Shown: piece by piece, positions 11,610-22,554 of the stretch | How positions within the stretch are numbered: position 1 is the stretch's first letter | How the letters are laid out: the number at the start of each line of letters is the position of its first letter | From: Octopus bimaculoides | Lineage: Eukaryota | Length of the DNA: 33,693 nucleotides | Assembly: GCF_001194135.2 (NCBI RefSeq) | Contig: NC_068983.1 | Span: forward strand, 156,224,761 to 156,258,453 | Direction: 5' to 3' | Program-made: the position numbers and the translations under genes | Notes under the pieces: model-generated | What the model was told of the DNA's origin: nothing | The model's database searches: none | Seen by the model: only the letters and a program-made list of their open reading frames with translations

Positions 11610-12464
11610 TCAAGGTGAATATGGTGCCTAAGTTTAGGCCCAAGAATTAAGTATAGTATNNNNNNNNNNNNNNNNNNNNNNNNNNNNNNNNNNNNNNNNN
11701 NNNNNNNNNNNNNNNNNNNNNNNNNNNNNNNNNNNNNNNNNNNNNNNNNNNNNNNNNNNNNNNNNNNNNNNNNNNNNNNNNNNNNNNNNNNNNNNNNNNN
11801 NNNNNNNNNNNNNNNNNNNNNNNNNNNNNNNNNNNNNNNNNNNNNNNNNNNNNNNNNNNNNNNNNNNNNNNNNNNNNNNNNNNNNNNNNNNNNNNNNNNN
11901 NNNNNNNNNNNNNNNNNNNNNNNNNNNNNNNNNNNNNNNNNNNNNNNNNNNNNNNNNNNNNNNNNNNNNNNNNNNNNNNNNNNNNNNNNNNNNNNNNNNN
12001 NNNNNNNNNNNNNNNNNNNNNNNNNNNNNNNNNNNNNNNNNNNNNNNNNNNNNNNNNNNNNNNNNNNNNNNNNNNNNNNNNNNNNNNNNNNNNNNNNNNN
12101 NNNNNNNNNNNNNNNNNNNNNNNNNNNNNNNNNNNNNNNNNNNNNNNNNNNNNNNNNNNNNNNNNNNNNNNNNNNNNNNNNNNNNNNNNNNNNNNNNNNN
12201 NNNNNNNNNNNNNNNNNNNNNNNNNNNNNNNNNNNNNNNNNNNNNNNNNNNNNNNNNNNNNNNNNNNNNNNNNNNNNNNNNNNNNNNNNNNNNNNNNNNN
12301 NNNNNNNNNNNNNNNNNNNNNNNNNNNNNNNNNNNNNNNNNNNNNNNNNNNNNNNNNNNNNNNNNNNNNNNNNNNNNNNNNNNNNNNNNNNNNNNNNNNN
12401 NNNNNNNNNNNNNNNNNNNNNNNNNNNNNNNNNNNNNNNNNNNNNNNNNNNNNNNNNNNNNNNN

Positions 12465-12500
<36 letters not shown>

Positions 12501-12738
12501 CTATATGTATATGCATATATATAAACGAATATACATATATACATACATACCTATATACATATATATATACATGTATGTATATATATATATATATATGTGT
12601 ATGTGCGTGTTTGTGTGTGTATGTATTTGTGTGTGTGTGTATGTGTGTGTATGTGTGTGTTTGTGCGTGTATGTGTCTTTGTGTGTGTATGTGTGTGTTT
12701 GTGTGTGTATGTGTCTTTGTGTGTGTATGTGTGTGTGC
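12465..12738. repeat. (AT)n followed by a degenerate (GT)n tract with higher-order periodicity
   Basis: Direct reading. An 18+20 nt unit repeats at 12660 and 12698. Confidence 0.85.
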
Positions 12739-13037
12739 AGGCATATATTTGTGCATATATACATGTACATATAGATATGCTAATATACACAGCTTCGTAT
12801 GTCACACTTCACGCTCGGATGTTTTTCATAAAACGCGTAAAGCGTTCATATGCGCTGAAATACAACTGCGTTCTCCACGATCTGGCTTTCATTGAGTAAT
12901 AATGGTACTGATATTTATAATCTCTAAAGAAGTAGCTTTAATGTAATAAATAAATAGCCTAAGTATTTTCAAGCGTAACAGGATTCACTGTTTCATACGA
13001 TGGTGTCTATAAAAAGACATCAGTTTATATTTTATCC

Positions 13038-13385
13038 GTTATTTCAGTTATTTGACTGCAGCCATGGACTTGTTTTTTCTTGAATCCTAGTATTTATTCT
13101 ATCGGATTATTTTGCCGAATTGCTAAATTACGAGTACGTAAATACACCAGCACCGGTTGTAAAGTGGTGGTGGGGGAGAGACACTGACACAAAGACACAC
13201 ATACACATAGATTGATAGATAGCTAGATAGATACGACGGGTTTCTTTCAGATTCCGTCTACCAAATCCACTCACTTTGGTCGGCCTGAATCTATAGCAAA
13301 AGATACTTTCCTAAGATGTCGCGCAGTGGGACTGAACTCGGAACTCTGTACTCGGGAATCTAGCTTCTAACCACACAGCCATGCC
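13038..13385 (-). mobile_element. SINE family A, diverged, with an internal deletion near its 3' end
   Basis: The reverse complement begins ggcatggctgtgtggttagaagctag...ccgagttcagtcccactgcgcg (A and B boxes). The tail gactgcagccatg is joined directly to gacttgtttt, lacking the ~40 nt seen in the other copies. Confidence 0.85.
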
Positions 13386-13680
13386 AGTATATGTATTAAT
13401 TTTTTTTTNNNNNNNNNNNNNNNNNNNNNNNNNNNNNNNNNNNNNNNNNNNNNNNNNNNNNNNNNNNNNNNNNNNNNNNNNNNNNNNNNNNNNNNNNNNN
13501 NNNNNNNNNNNNNNNNNNNNNNNNNNNNNNNNNNNNNNNNNNNNNNNNNNNNNNNNNNNNNNNNNNNNNNNNNNNNNNNNNNNNNNNNNNNNNNNNNNNN
13601 NNNNNNNNNNNNNNNNNNNNNNNNNNNNNNNNNNNNNNNNNNNNNNNNNNNNNNNNNNNNNNNNNNNNNNNNNNNNNNNN

Positions 13681-13804
13681 AGAAGAAGAAGAAGAAGAAG
13701 AAGAAGAAGAAGAAGAAGAAGAAGAAGAAGAAGAAGAACGGCAACAACAACAACTACTACTACTACTACTACCACTACTACTACTACTACTACTACTGCT
13801 GCTG

Positions 13805-13835
<31 letters not shown>

Positions 13836-13886
13836 CACTACTACTGCTACTACTACTACTACTATTACAAAAACAACAACAACAAC
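13681..13886. repeat. Compound triplet microsatellite (AGA)n-(AAC)-(ACT)n-(AAC)n
   Basis: Direct reading. It lies immediately upstream of the hammerhead-bearing tail. Confidence 0.95.
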
Positions 13887-14037
13887 ATAGAAAAATACCT
13901 TAGGAATGAGAACCCAGGTTTGAAATTTCCCCAAGACACCTGATGAAGTTTGGAGGGTATATCAGCGGAAATGTTGCGTTAATAACAAAGAAAACGGGGA
14001 CAAATGTCCGTTACATGTAAATAATGTAAATAATGTA
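13887..14037 (+). mobile_element. Family E element, 3' module (PLE-like tail with hammerhead motif), copy 1
   Basis: About 17 differences over ~138 nt (roughly 88% identity by eye) versus 22620-22760. It ends in (ATGTAAATA)2ATGTA. No tRNA head is visible; one may lie in the gap 13409-13680. Confidence 0.85.
13935..13980 (+). ncRNA. Minimal type I hammerhead ribozyme motif, degenerate (copy 1)
   Basis: GACAC-CTGATGA-A-GTTTGG-agggtata-TCAGCG-GAAAT-GTT-GCGTT. The CUGAUGA and GAAA cores are intact, but stems I and II carry mismatches. Confidence 0.65.
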
Positions 14038-14151
14038 GTAAGTGAATTTTTAATGCACTATCCCTTAAACCAATACATGTAAAAGATGAGTTTTGAAATG
14101 ATTACTTTAAATACGCCGCATTACAGTAATGTAATATGTATGCGTTTCTAT

Positions 14152-14363
14152 GGCGGCGAGCTGGCAGGAACGTTAGCACGCCGGGCGAAATGCTTTGGGG
14201 CGTTTCGTGTGCCGTTACGTTCTGAGTTCAAATTCCGCCGAGGTCGACTTTGCCTTTCATCCTTTCGGATCGATAAATTAAGTACCACTTGCGTACTGCG
14301 GTCGATCTGATCGACTGCCCCCGCCTCCCCAAAAATTTCGGTCCTTGTGCCTAGAGTAGAAAA
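14152..14363 (+). mobile_element. tRNA-derived SINE family B, full length
   Basis: Head ggcggcgagCTGGCAGGAACGttagc...GAGTTCAAATTCC, then gaggtcgactttgcctttcatcctttcggatcgataaattaagtacc, which resembles the Meta conserved SINE domain (from recollection). Four other copies occur in the window. Confidence 0.9.
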
Positions 14364-15140
14364 CAGTATGTATGCGTTTCTATTAGTGCATATGCAGTTA
14401 GCTGTACTTAGCAAGGACGGATCTGTTGACTTTTCAGTTGAGGCTGGCTCATCATTGTGACAGCTTGTGGTAAATTTCATGCAGTTGAAAAGAAAATTGT
14501 TTTATGTTTTGAAATTGATATTTATGATATGGGAAAATGCTTGTAAATTTTAAGTTATATTTTCACTGTAAAATCTTCAAGATTACGTTTTGGAGCGCAA
14601 CACCCCTTGCTTCCTCCTTTGCTATGAGGAATTTCGGGTGTTTTGATTGTATATTAAAATTTTGAGTGAATTCGTACAATAATATTCAAAATTTACTTTA
14701 AAGAGTTCTCCACTAGAAAACAATTAGAAAATTTCATAGGATGTATTTCGAACTCAATTATTTATGTTTTGTCGGATGTATCATAACTTACATCAGCTTT
14801 GCTTTTGTAATTTTTCAATAGAATAAAATATTCCTACGGGAATACATTGAATTATAGAAATTTGAAAAGAAATTTAAAAATTAATTGTATTATAATTCTG
14901 TTAGCTATTCCTATAAAGAACTTGTGATTGTGTATCCAAGAATGTTCGCTTATAGTTGGTTAGAAGAACTATTCGGCTATTATTACTGTACAAACCCCCT
15001 ACTATACAAGAGATTTTCGAAAATAAGGAAACTGACAGGTCGTTCATTTTTGCTGGGATGTTAGTTTCTATATTTAAGACAATTAGTTCGGTATCTTTCT
15101 TTTTCATTCAAAATACGTTGCTGAAAAGAGAAACAAGTTT

Positions 15141-15178
<38 letters not shown>

Positions 15179-18100
15179 CAGTTTTTATAAGGACAATGGC
15201 CTTATAATTCTTCAAAATTTCAATCAGCAAAATGAAACGAAATAAAACAAAAATGAAAGACTGGTTTCCAAGAACATCATCTTCCATTGAGGGCTTATTT
15301 ATTTTTGAAGCCGTTATATGAGACATTACATTTAATTACGACACTGCTATTTGAAGAATAATTAAATTCTAGAAAACCACAATATTTTGCAATGGTTGTT
15401 TACTGTTAATTAAAAACAGTAGAATTATGTGAGATCTTGGGAACTGCCTTTACATGTGCGCTAGACAACTATAAAATGTGAATGAAATTAATTCCTTAGT
15501 CGACAATTTCTGAAGTGTGAAATAGGCCTATGGATGGGTATTGACTTCTTGTGATTACGGATTACAACAATTTTCAAACTTGAAAAGTTATTATAATTCA
15601 ATATGTTACTAAAACGAATCAAACATCTGGTGTTGAAAGATAATTCTTCAGAGGCCTTTGATAGATTCATTACCCGTTCGAAAGAAATCTTAGATTTTCG
15701 AAGTCAGATGAAGAGGAAAACTGGTTTTATTTCTATTATTTGTGGTAAATACAACAGCCGATAGTTACAATGAAACGGCGTTATAAAAGAGAAGGTTATT
15801 GCTACAATGAAATTATGTAATGTGAACTAATAAAAGTTTGCAAACTATTCAAGAGAAACACTTTCATTGCTTCGGACTAGATGCAGTGAATGAATAACGT
15901 TATATCCGTTAAAACAATAGTCTGGAAATCTATTAACAACTTTGGAAATGCTTTTTGACCTTAACTTTAAAAAATACAGAAACTGATCGAAAGGCAGTAT
16001 GCAAGAGACTTACCGTATCTCATTAACCACCTTTTGTTAATAAATGCAGGTCCATGGCTAGCAGCTCCTACCGCCATCCTGCCCCTGCCACCGTCACCAC
16101 TCGCCCATCGCCTCAGGACTTGGAAGAAGAAGAAGTAGAGGGTGATGAGTCACTGAATCCTAGGCAAGAGAAATGTGGAGGCCTTGGGTTGCCCAGGCCC
16201 AGGACCCCGCTCTCGGTTCAGCCCATCTAGCCAGAAGGGACGCAGGACGACACATCATAGCTACGACTGGACTGCAGGCGTTGCCGGAGAGATGATGGAC
16301 TTCATCACCTAACCGCCTTCGGGGTTCCACTCTGGATTTATATCGAAAATCAATATCGGCAGTATCATACCATCATGGAGCTAATACGAAACTCCTTTGA
16401 AATATTGTAAATTGATACTAGTTCAATAATAGTGACAGTTAATTGCGTTTTTTGCATACGTGAATTAATTGTGAAATATCTTGGTATTCAATACTTCTAC
16501 AAGTAAACCGTGTTTATAAAGTTTCATACTTCCAGACATTCCGTGGTAAGGTTATGCTGCTCAACGGAAATACATGCAGACCTGAATATCAATGTTAACA
16601 ACCTTAATTGAGTCGCTATATAAATAAGGCTCACGCTCTTGAAATATGTTAAATTTTCATACGAGTTTTCTATTTTTTCTCTTATTTGCACCACAAACTG
16701 AGATTCGACTATGGTGCCTACAATGAAATCTGCTACCAAGATCCTGAAGTGATTCGTCAGATTGTGTTGAGTTGTCAATATTCGGATACATGATTCTGAA
16801 TGCTCGCGCATTTTAAGGCAAAGCGAAGTTTATTGATGCAAAGAAAATAAACATAAGTTGTGAAACAAATGCATACATTGAAAGTGATGAAGTTTTGCTG
16901 TACGTGAAAAATCTCTTTCTGACATCTTAGGAAGCCTTCATCACAATTTTGGTTATTACAAATTGAATTTAAAAGTTAATCTATACTATAGAGAATTTTT
17001 GTTGCATGTGTAGCTCCGAAATTTAATAACATACCTGACAAATCTTCAAAGCATCTAATTTTCGTAGACCCTAGGTTCATCAAAATTATAGCTGATCAAG
17101 TTATGCAATCAACAAAATATTAACAACGACTGCTACTTGTAGAAGGAAAATCAATTACTTAAACTGGCAATGCTTTCACATCTGCCGTGTGAAATGAAAC
17201 TTCTTAAGCTCTTCTCCAATTTCTTTCCCTATTGATAATTTTGTTTTGTGCTCTAACTTCTGTTCAAAGTAATCATGATACTCAAATTGAAAATTCTGGA
17301 TTCGGGGGATTTTAAAATAGATCAAGTGTTCATATTCTTTAAATATATAATCATGTGAAATCATAATGTATCAATTCACAAGTCGTGCAACATTAGAACG
17401 TCCAGACGGTGTATCATATATATAAAGCACGACTATCAATAATCAACTGTGTATCTGAAATGTATAAATTATTAAAATGTTCTCGTGCTATTACACGTTA
17501 ATTAAATTTGAATTAAGGTAGCGTAATATAATTTCAATCAGCTGGTTATCTCGGGCCACCGATCCGAAACTGAAGATAACCTTTATGAAAACTTTAAACA
17601 TTTGTTCTCTCTATGAGACTAATGTAATTACTCTTGCAAAAATAATGATGACACAATTGTGCAACGGAAGATGAGAATAAAAGAATTCGTCACATCAAGA
17701 TGCGCTGCTTTTGATTAAGTATCAAGAGCCGATTTCAACATTTCTCAGCAACTTAATGCATGTTCAAGTTATCCGCAATAATTTTTAGATAGATTCCATA
17801 ATTGTTTTCAGTCATGCAAGACGGTTCAATTTCCTCGACAACGTTCATTAAGAATGCAGTGCCGAATTCTTACCACATATATCTGCATCTTTCTAAGGAC
17901 TGCTCATCCTGAACGTTTTCATCTTGAATCAAGACACGTTTGGACTTGATATGCATTTACTAGTCAAAATCATGTGCCCAGCTTGTAGGTTGTCACTAAT
18001 AAAGCATTTTAGGGTCTTGGTAATAAATTTGCCAACTTCATATTACATTCAATTTAGACGCCATGCTCATATTTGTCATCCATCGTAACAAAAAACAAGG

Positions 18101-18430
18101 AGCCGTTCAAATACAGCGTTAGAAAACGCGACGTAAAATTTGAGAATGCATAAATAGCAAGAATATGATTTCTAGAGTTTCAGTAACTTTACTTCCAATA
18201 AAAGTCACCAGTGCTTGCATTTCTCTTGGACAGTATAATTTCAGCACATAAGGTCCAGAATCCTTCTGATGATATTTGTAGAATACAAATGTACATGAAT
18301 CTATTCAATGCATTATCAAAATCTCTTCAGGTGCAAATTATAATTACACGTCATAAACTAAATATTGGTACTAACATCTTTATTGAATACCATACATAGA
18401 GATCAAATAATCGCGAAAAATATAGTCGTT

Positions 18431-18640
18431 AATATTGGTTTCAACTTTTGGCACAAGACCAGCAATTTTGGATGATGGGTAAGTCAATTACATCGATCGC
18501 AGTGCTTTTTTGGTACTTACTTTTTCGACCCCGAGAGGATGAAAATCAAAGCCGAGGTCTGTGGAATTTGAATGTAAATACGGATAAAATGCCGGTTAGC
18601 ATATTGCGTGGTGTGCTAAAAAGTCTGCCAACTTGCTGCC
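18431..18640 (-). mobile_element. SINE family B, diverged
   Basis: ggtacttactttttcgaccccgagaggatgaaaatcaaagccgaggtctgtggaatttgaa...gccaacttgctgcc matches the reverse complement of the 14152 copy. Confidence 0.8.
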
Positions 18641-18654
18641 TTAATACAGTCATT

Positions 18655-18860
18655 AATATTAGCTTGAAAGTTTGGCAGGAGGCCGGGGAGAAGGTAAGTC
18701 GTTTTGATGAACCCAGTGCTCAAATGGTACTGATTTTATTCTCCGCGAAATAATGAAGGGCAAAAACGACCTCGGAGAATTTGAACTCAGAACATGATGA
18801 CGGATGGAATGCCGCTAAACATATGGTCCGACGCGAAAACGATTCTAACAGCTTACTGCC
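18655..18860 (-). mobile_element. SINE family B, diverged
   Basis: aagggcaaaaacgacctcggagaatttgaactcagaac...gattctaacagcttactgcc matches the reverse complement of family B. Confidence 0.8.
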
Positions 18861-18891
18861 ATAATTTAGTGATTAAATTTAAAGGGCGACA

Positions 18892-19020
18892 TTTCAAATT
18901 CCACTGAGATTGACTTTGCCTCTTATCCTTTTGGGGTTGATAAAATAACTTAGGTTGATGTATTCGACTTACCACATCCCCGAGATTGATTCTCGTGTGC
19001 CAAAATCTATAATCAATATT
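18892..19020 (+). mobile_element. SINE family B, 5'-truncated at the B-box
   Basis: ttcaaattccactgagattgactttgcctcttatccttttggggttgataaaataa...gtgccaaaatctataatcaatatt. Confidence 0.75.
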
Positions 19021-19407
19021 GAAAAGTGAATATACAATATATTTGCAAAGAAAGGTTGTTTGATATTATGATAAGCTGAAAAAACTATTGGGTTGATAGA
19101 AATATGAATGGGAGAAAATATGAACACCTGAAAAAGAAAAGAAAATTCTGTGCAACTTCAATATAAATGTAGCTTCTGACATTTTCCCAAATAACAACTA
19201 CCTTAGCGTTTATCAAAACATTTTGTTTCAACCAATCAAAATTATCAATAAAATCCCTTTAATAGTAGCTATAAATGTATGAAGAACAGCATTGCTTTGA
19301 CAAATCAAGGCAATAAGAAAATCATGTTCTAAACTGGTATTTTTGTACCTAGGCAACTTAATATCTGAACATAATACCGGAAGGTATTATATTAGATGCC
19401 GAAGAAA

Positions 19408-19408
<1 letters not shown>

Positions 19409-19453
<45 letters not shown>

Positions 19454-19479
19454 GTGTGTGAGTGTGTGCGTGTGTGTGT
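19409..19479. repeat. (AT)n(GT)n microsatellite
   Basis: Direct reading. Confidence 0.9.
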
Positions 19480-20031
19480 TGAAGTGCAAAAACACAGGAA
19501 TATTGGCATTCTCTCCAAATGAAAATAAAATAAATGTAACACTATTTCAGTACATTCAGAATTTGAAGCAGACCGATATAAACGACACCACAATACGCTT
19601 GTGGAATCAGTTAAAATATGGACTCTTTGCCTCACCAGCAAGAATAACATTTTTATATACGTGTTTGCGATACTACGATAGGGGAACTGATAGTTTCGCT
19701 AAGCAGACACTAGCATCAATATATCTTTAAACAACTTTGTTTTATTGTGGATGGGATAGAATATTAATTGCTTCTAGAAATGGCTAAGCCAATACAGGCC
19801 TATATACAATGTCTCATCAAGGTGAGAGTTTTATTCGAACAGAAACAAACTCTACGCCGGCTGACGAATGTGAACTTAGAGCAAGTTTTCAAAGTTTAGG
19901 AATTTGAATTTAATAAAAGTCCCATTGAATAAACTCATAGGAATAAAAATAGGTATCAAGAACCTATGTATTTGCATATATGAGTATAAGTATGTATCTT
20001 TGAATATACATATGTAAATGCATACAATACA

Positions 20032-20042
20032 GGGAGAGAGAC

Positions 20043-20076
<34 letters not shown>

Positions 20077-20096
20077 TGAGAGAGAGAGAGAGAGAG
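20032..20096. repeat. (GA)n microsatellite
   Basis: Direct reading. Confidence 0.9.
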
Positions 20097-20529
20097 GTTC
20101 AGGATTGAGTTCGACACAGTGAGATCGCTATCCAGTACAAAACAGCATTAGAGGAACATATACGTACATACCGAAGTAAAGACGAATTTATATTCCAGTT
20201 GCAGGTACGATCACAAGCGTTCGACTGAATATACCACGAGTTTCAAGATTGCACCTAGGCACAAACACTGCACCAATTGTACTGCACTCAATAGACTCCA
20301 GATCCACGCTAATTGCAGGTTCCGCTTAAGGTGAATAATAAACAAATAACAATTGATGGTTCGTGGTTCACTCACTACAGCTGTTTCAGACGTGATTTGT
20401 ATTGGTGAAAAAGAACAGTTTTCATCAGGTGAATATATGCACGAATTTAACATTTTACAGAAGCATTCCAAAGAATCCAAGTATGGGCCATTTCATGATT
20501 CTCTACTGAAGTTCATCAGGAAAAAATTT

Positions 20530-21503
20530 AGCATGCTTCCCTAAACTTACGGTGACAAGGTAATGTTTCGAGTGATATGGGCGTTTCAAAAGCAGGAGAA
20601 TATCCCTGGAAGACGATGAGCAATCTATAAGACCTGCCACGCACGTCACCCTCGGAAATGTGGAGAAAATTCATCAGCGTGGGCATGAGGATCGCTGGAG
20701 AACAATCGATGACATTACTGATGTTGTTGGTCTGTTGTATGGGTCCCTGCAGGCAATCCTAACGTCTGAATTGAAGTTGTGGCGTCTCCGCCAAGTATAT
20801 TCTCCACTTGCTTACCACTGAGCAGGAAGAACGTCGCCTCGAAATCTATCAAGATCTCTGTCAACATGTTGCTGATCACCCATCCTTGATGTTGAAGATC
20901 ATCATCAGTGACAAGAGTTAGGTATACGGGTATGAGCCTGAGACGAAGAAGTAATCATCACAAAGGAAGAGCCCTTTATCTCCACAACCAAAGAAGGCAC
21001 AGCAGAACCACAGCTCAATCGAGAGCATGCTCATCGATTTTTTCGATATCTGCGCTATTGTGCATCGAAAATTCGTCTCCCAGGGCCAGCCCGTCAAACA
21101 AGAATTCTACTGCGATGTCTTGAAACGTTTGACGAAGGATATTCGGTAAATGCGACCGGATATGTGGAGCGCAAAAAATTGTGTTCTTCACGACGACAAT
21201 GCACCCTGTCACCGAGCTGTCCTCACTCACCTGCAAACTTCCATCACTTCCCCAAAATGAAAAGGCAACTCAAAGGTCACCGTTTTAACATGGTTGTCAA
21301 GATCCAGATCAAATCACAAAAGGTCCTCGATTCATTTATGGAAAACGACTTCCAGGCTGGATTCCAAAAGTACCAAGAGGGTTGGAACCGATTTACTGCT
21401 ACGAAAGGTTACTATTTTGAAGGTGATGATGTTACGACTTAGGTAAATAAGCTATTTTCTATTAAACACAACTAAGCTGGGAACCGTTTGATACCACCAC
21501 GTA
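20530..21503 (+). mobile_element. Mariner transposon remnant (irritans-like), 5'-truncated, internally deleted, one TIR retained
   Basis: Reading across frameshifts gives SLEDDEQSIRP...IIISDKS*VYGYEPETKK*SSQRKSPLSPQPKKA...FFDICAIVH...VLHDDNAPCHRA...FPKMKRQLKGHRF...KGYYFEGD. The terminus ctgggaaccgtttgataccaccacgTA (21477-21503) looks like a mariner TIR plus TA target. The YSPDL region is missing. Confidence 0.92.
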
Positions 21504-21505
21504 TA

Positions 21506-21544
<39 letters not shown>

Positions 21545-21586
21545 NNNNNNNNNNNNNNNNNNNNNNNNNNNNNNNNNNNNNNNNNN

Positions 21587-21633
<47 letters not shown>

Positions 21634-22434
21634 AGAAAATGGAGGAAAAATAACTGGAAGAAGTTGGTCGTTTGCGCTAGTAAGCCATTAATTGAATTAA
21701 TTAATAAAGAAAAGTGGTAGTAATAGTACATTTACGATCGCTTCTGTTTTTCAGTTGTAGTGGTAGACATTATCAGAATGCATAGACATATGTAGAGGTA
21801 AGAAGAGCGAAAGACATAAGGATACATTGGTAACGAGAATAAAAGCAAATTATGGTGAGTCTTACATTATAGTAGATTTCACAGTTGATAATTCTGCTGC
21901 GAAGTGGATGTAGGATGGAGGTTATTTTAATCTGTAGTCCCAAGTTTAAGTAAGCGCATATTTACCACGTGTTTATTGGGGCTAGACTTTTCACCGGCGG
22001 TGTAAAGAAAGGGGGTGAACTCAAACTCATGGTAATAAGGGAGCTAACTCTATCCGGATAAAAGAATTTATGTGTCTTTTGGACTTAAAGTCGTAGGAAG
22101 CCCATAGTAATGTAGGAAGCCCTGTGTAGGTGTCAAATAAAATATTGTGGATTGTGTAAAGTGACTGGGGGTTGGAAGGTGAATGTTTGCGTGTAAATAG
22201 CTGAAGTGGTTCACGGCCAAATGGGATTATTCAGATGAAGAAGCTAATGTAGGATTTGTCCAGGGTCAAATGGGTTTACCGATACTTGGACAAGACAAAG
22301 GGACCTATATGTAGACATACTCGCAAAAACAGCTTCTTACAACTCTACCAATAGACGGTGCGATCTCTATTTAACCGAACGCCTGGGAATCCTAACGGCT
22401 AAACAGCTTCTTCTTAATAGAAAATATGAGAACG

Positions 22435-22514
22435 TGGGCATATGGCGTTGCGGTTAAAAGCGCGGGCTACTAACCCCAAGATTCCGAGTTCAATTCCAGG
22501 CATTGACCTGAATA

Positions 22515-22554
<40 letters not shown>

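Noticed and set aside
17100-17460. Minus-strand LIIDSRALY...HTADV resembling PIN-like transposon-associated proteins
   Set aside because: The similarity is limited to a few residues across several frameshifts and needs a profile search.
19855-19905. CTGACGA followed by an AACTT/AAGTT hairpin
   Set aside because: No GAAA core and no stem I pairing.
21760-22400. Possible I/Nimb-type LINE 3' fragment on the minus strand (CEIYYNVRLTII resembles a decayed zinc knuckle)
   Set aside because: Too degenerate, with no RT or RNase H motif readable by eye.
22435-22510. The family E head (and other SINE heads) as genuine tRNA genes
   Set aside because: The anticodon stem has only 3 pairs, there is no acceptor stem, and the heads are embedded in repeats. 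They are tRNA-derived only, and the parent tRNA (Thr/Asn/Ser-like) is ambiguous.
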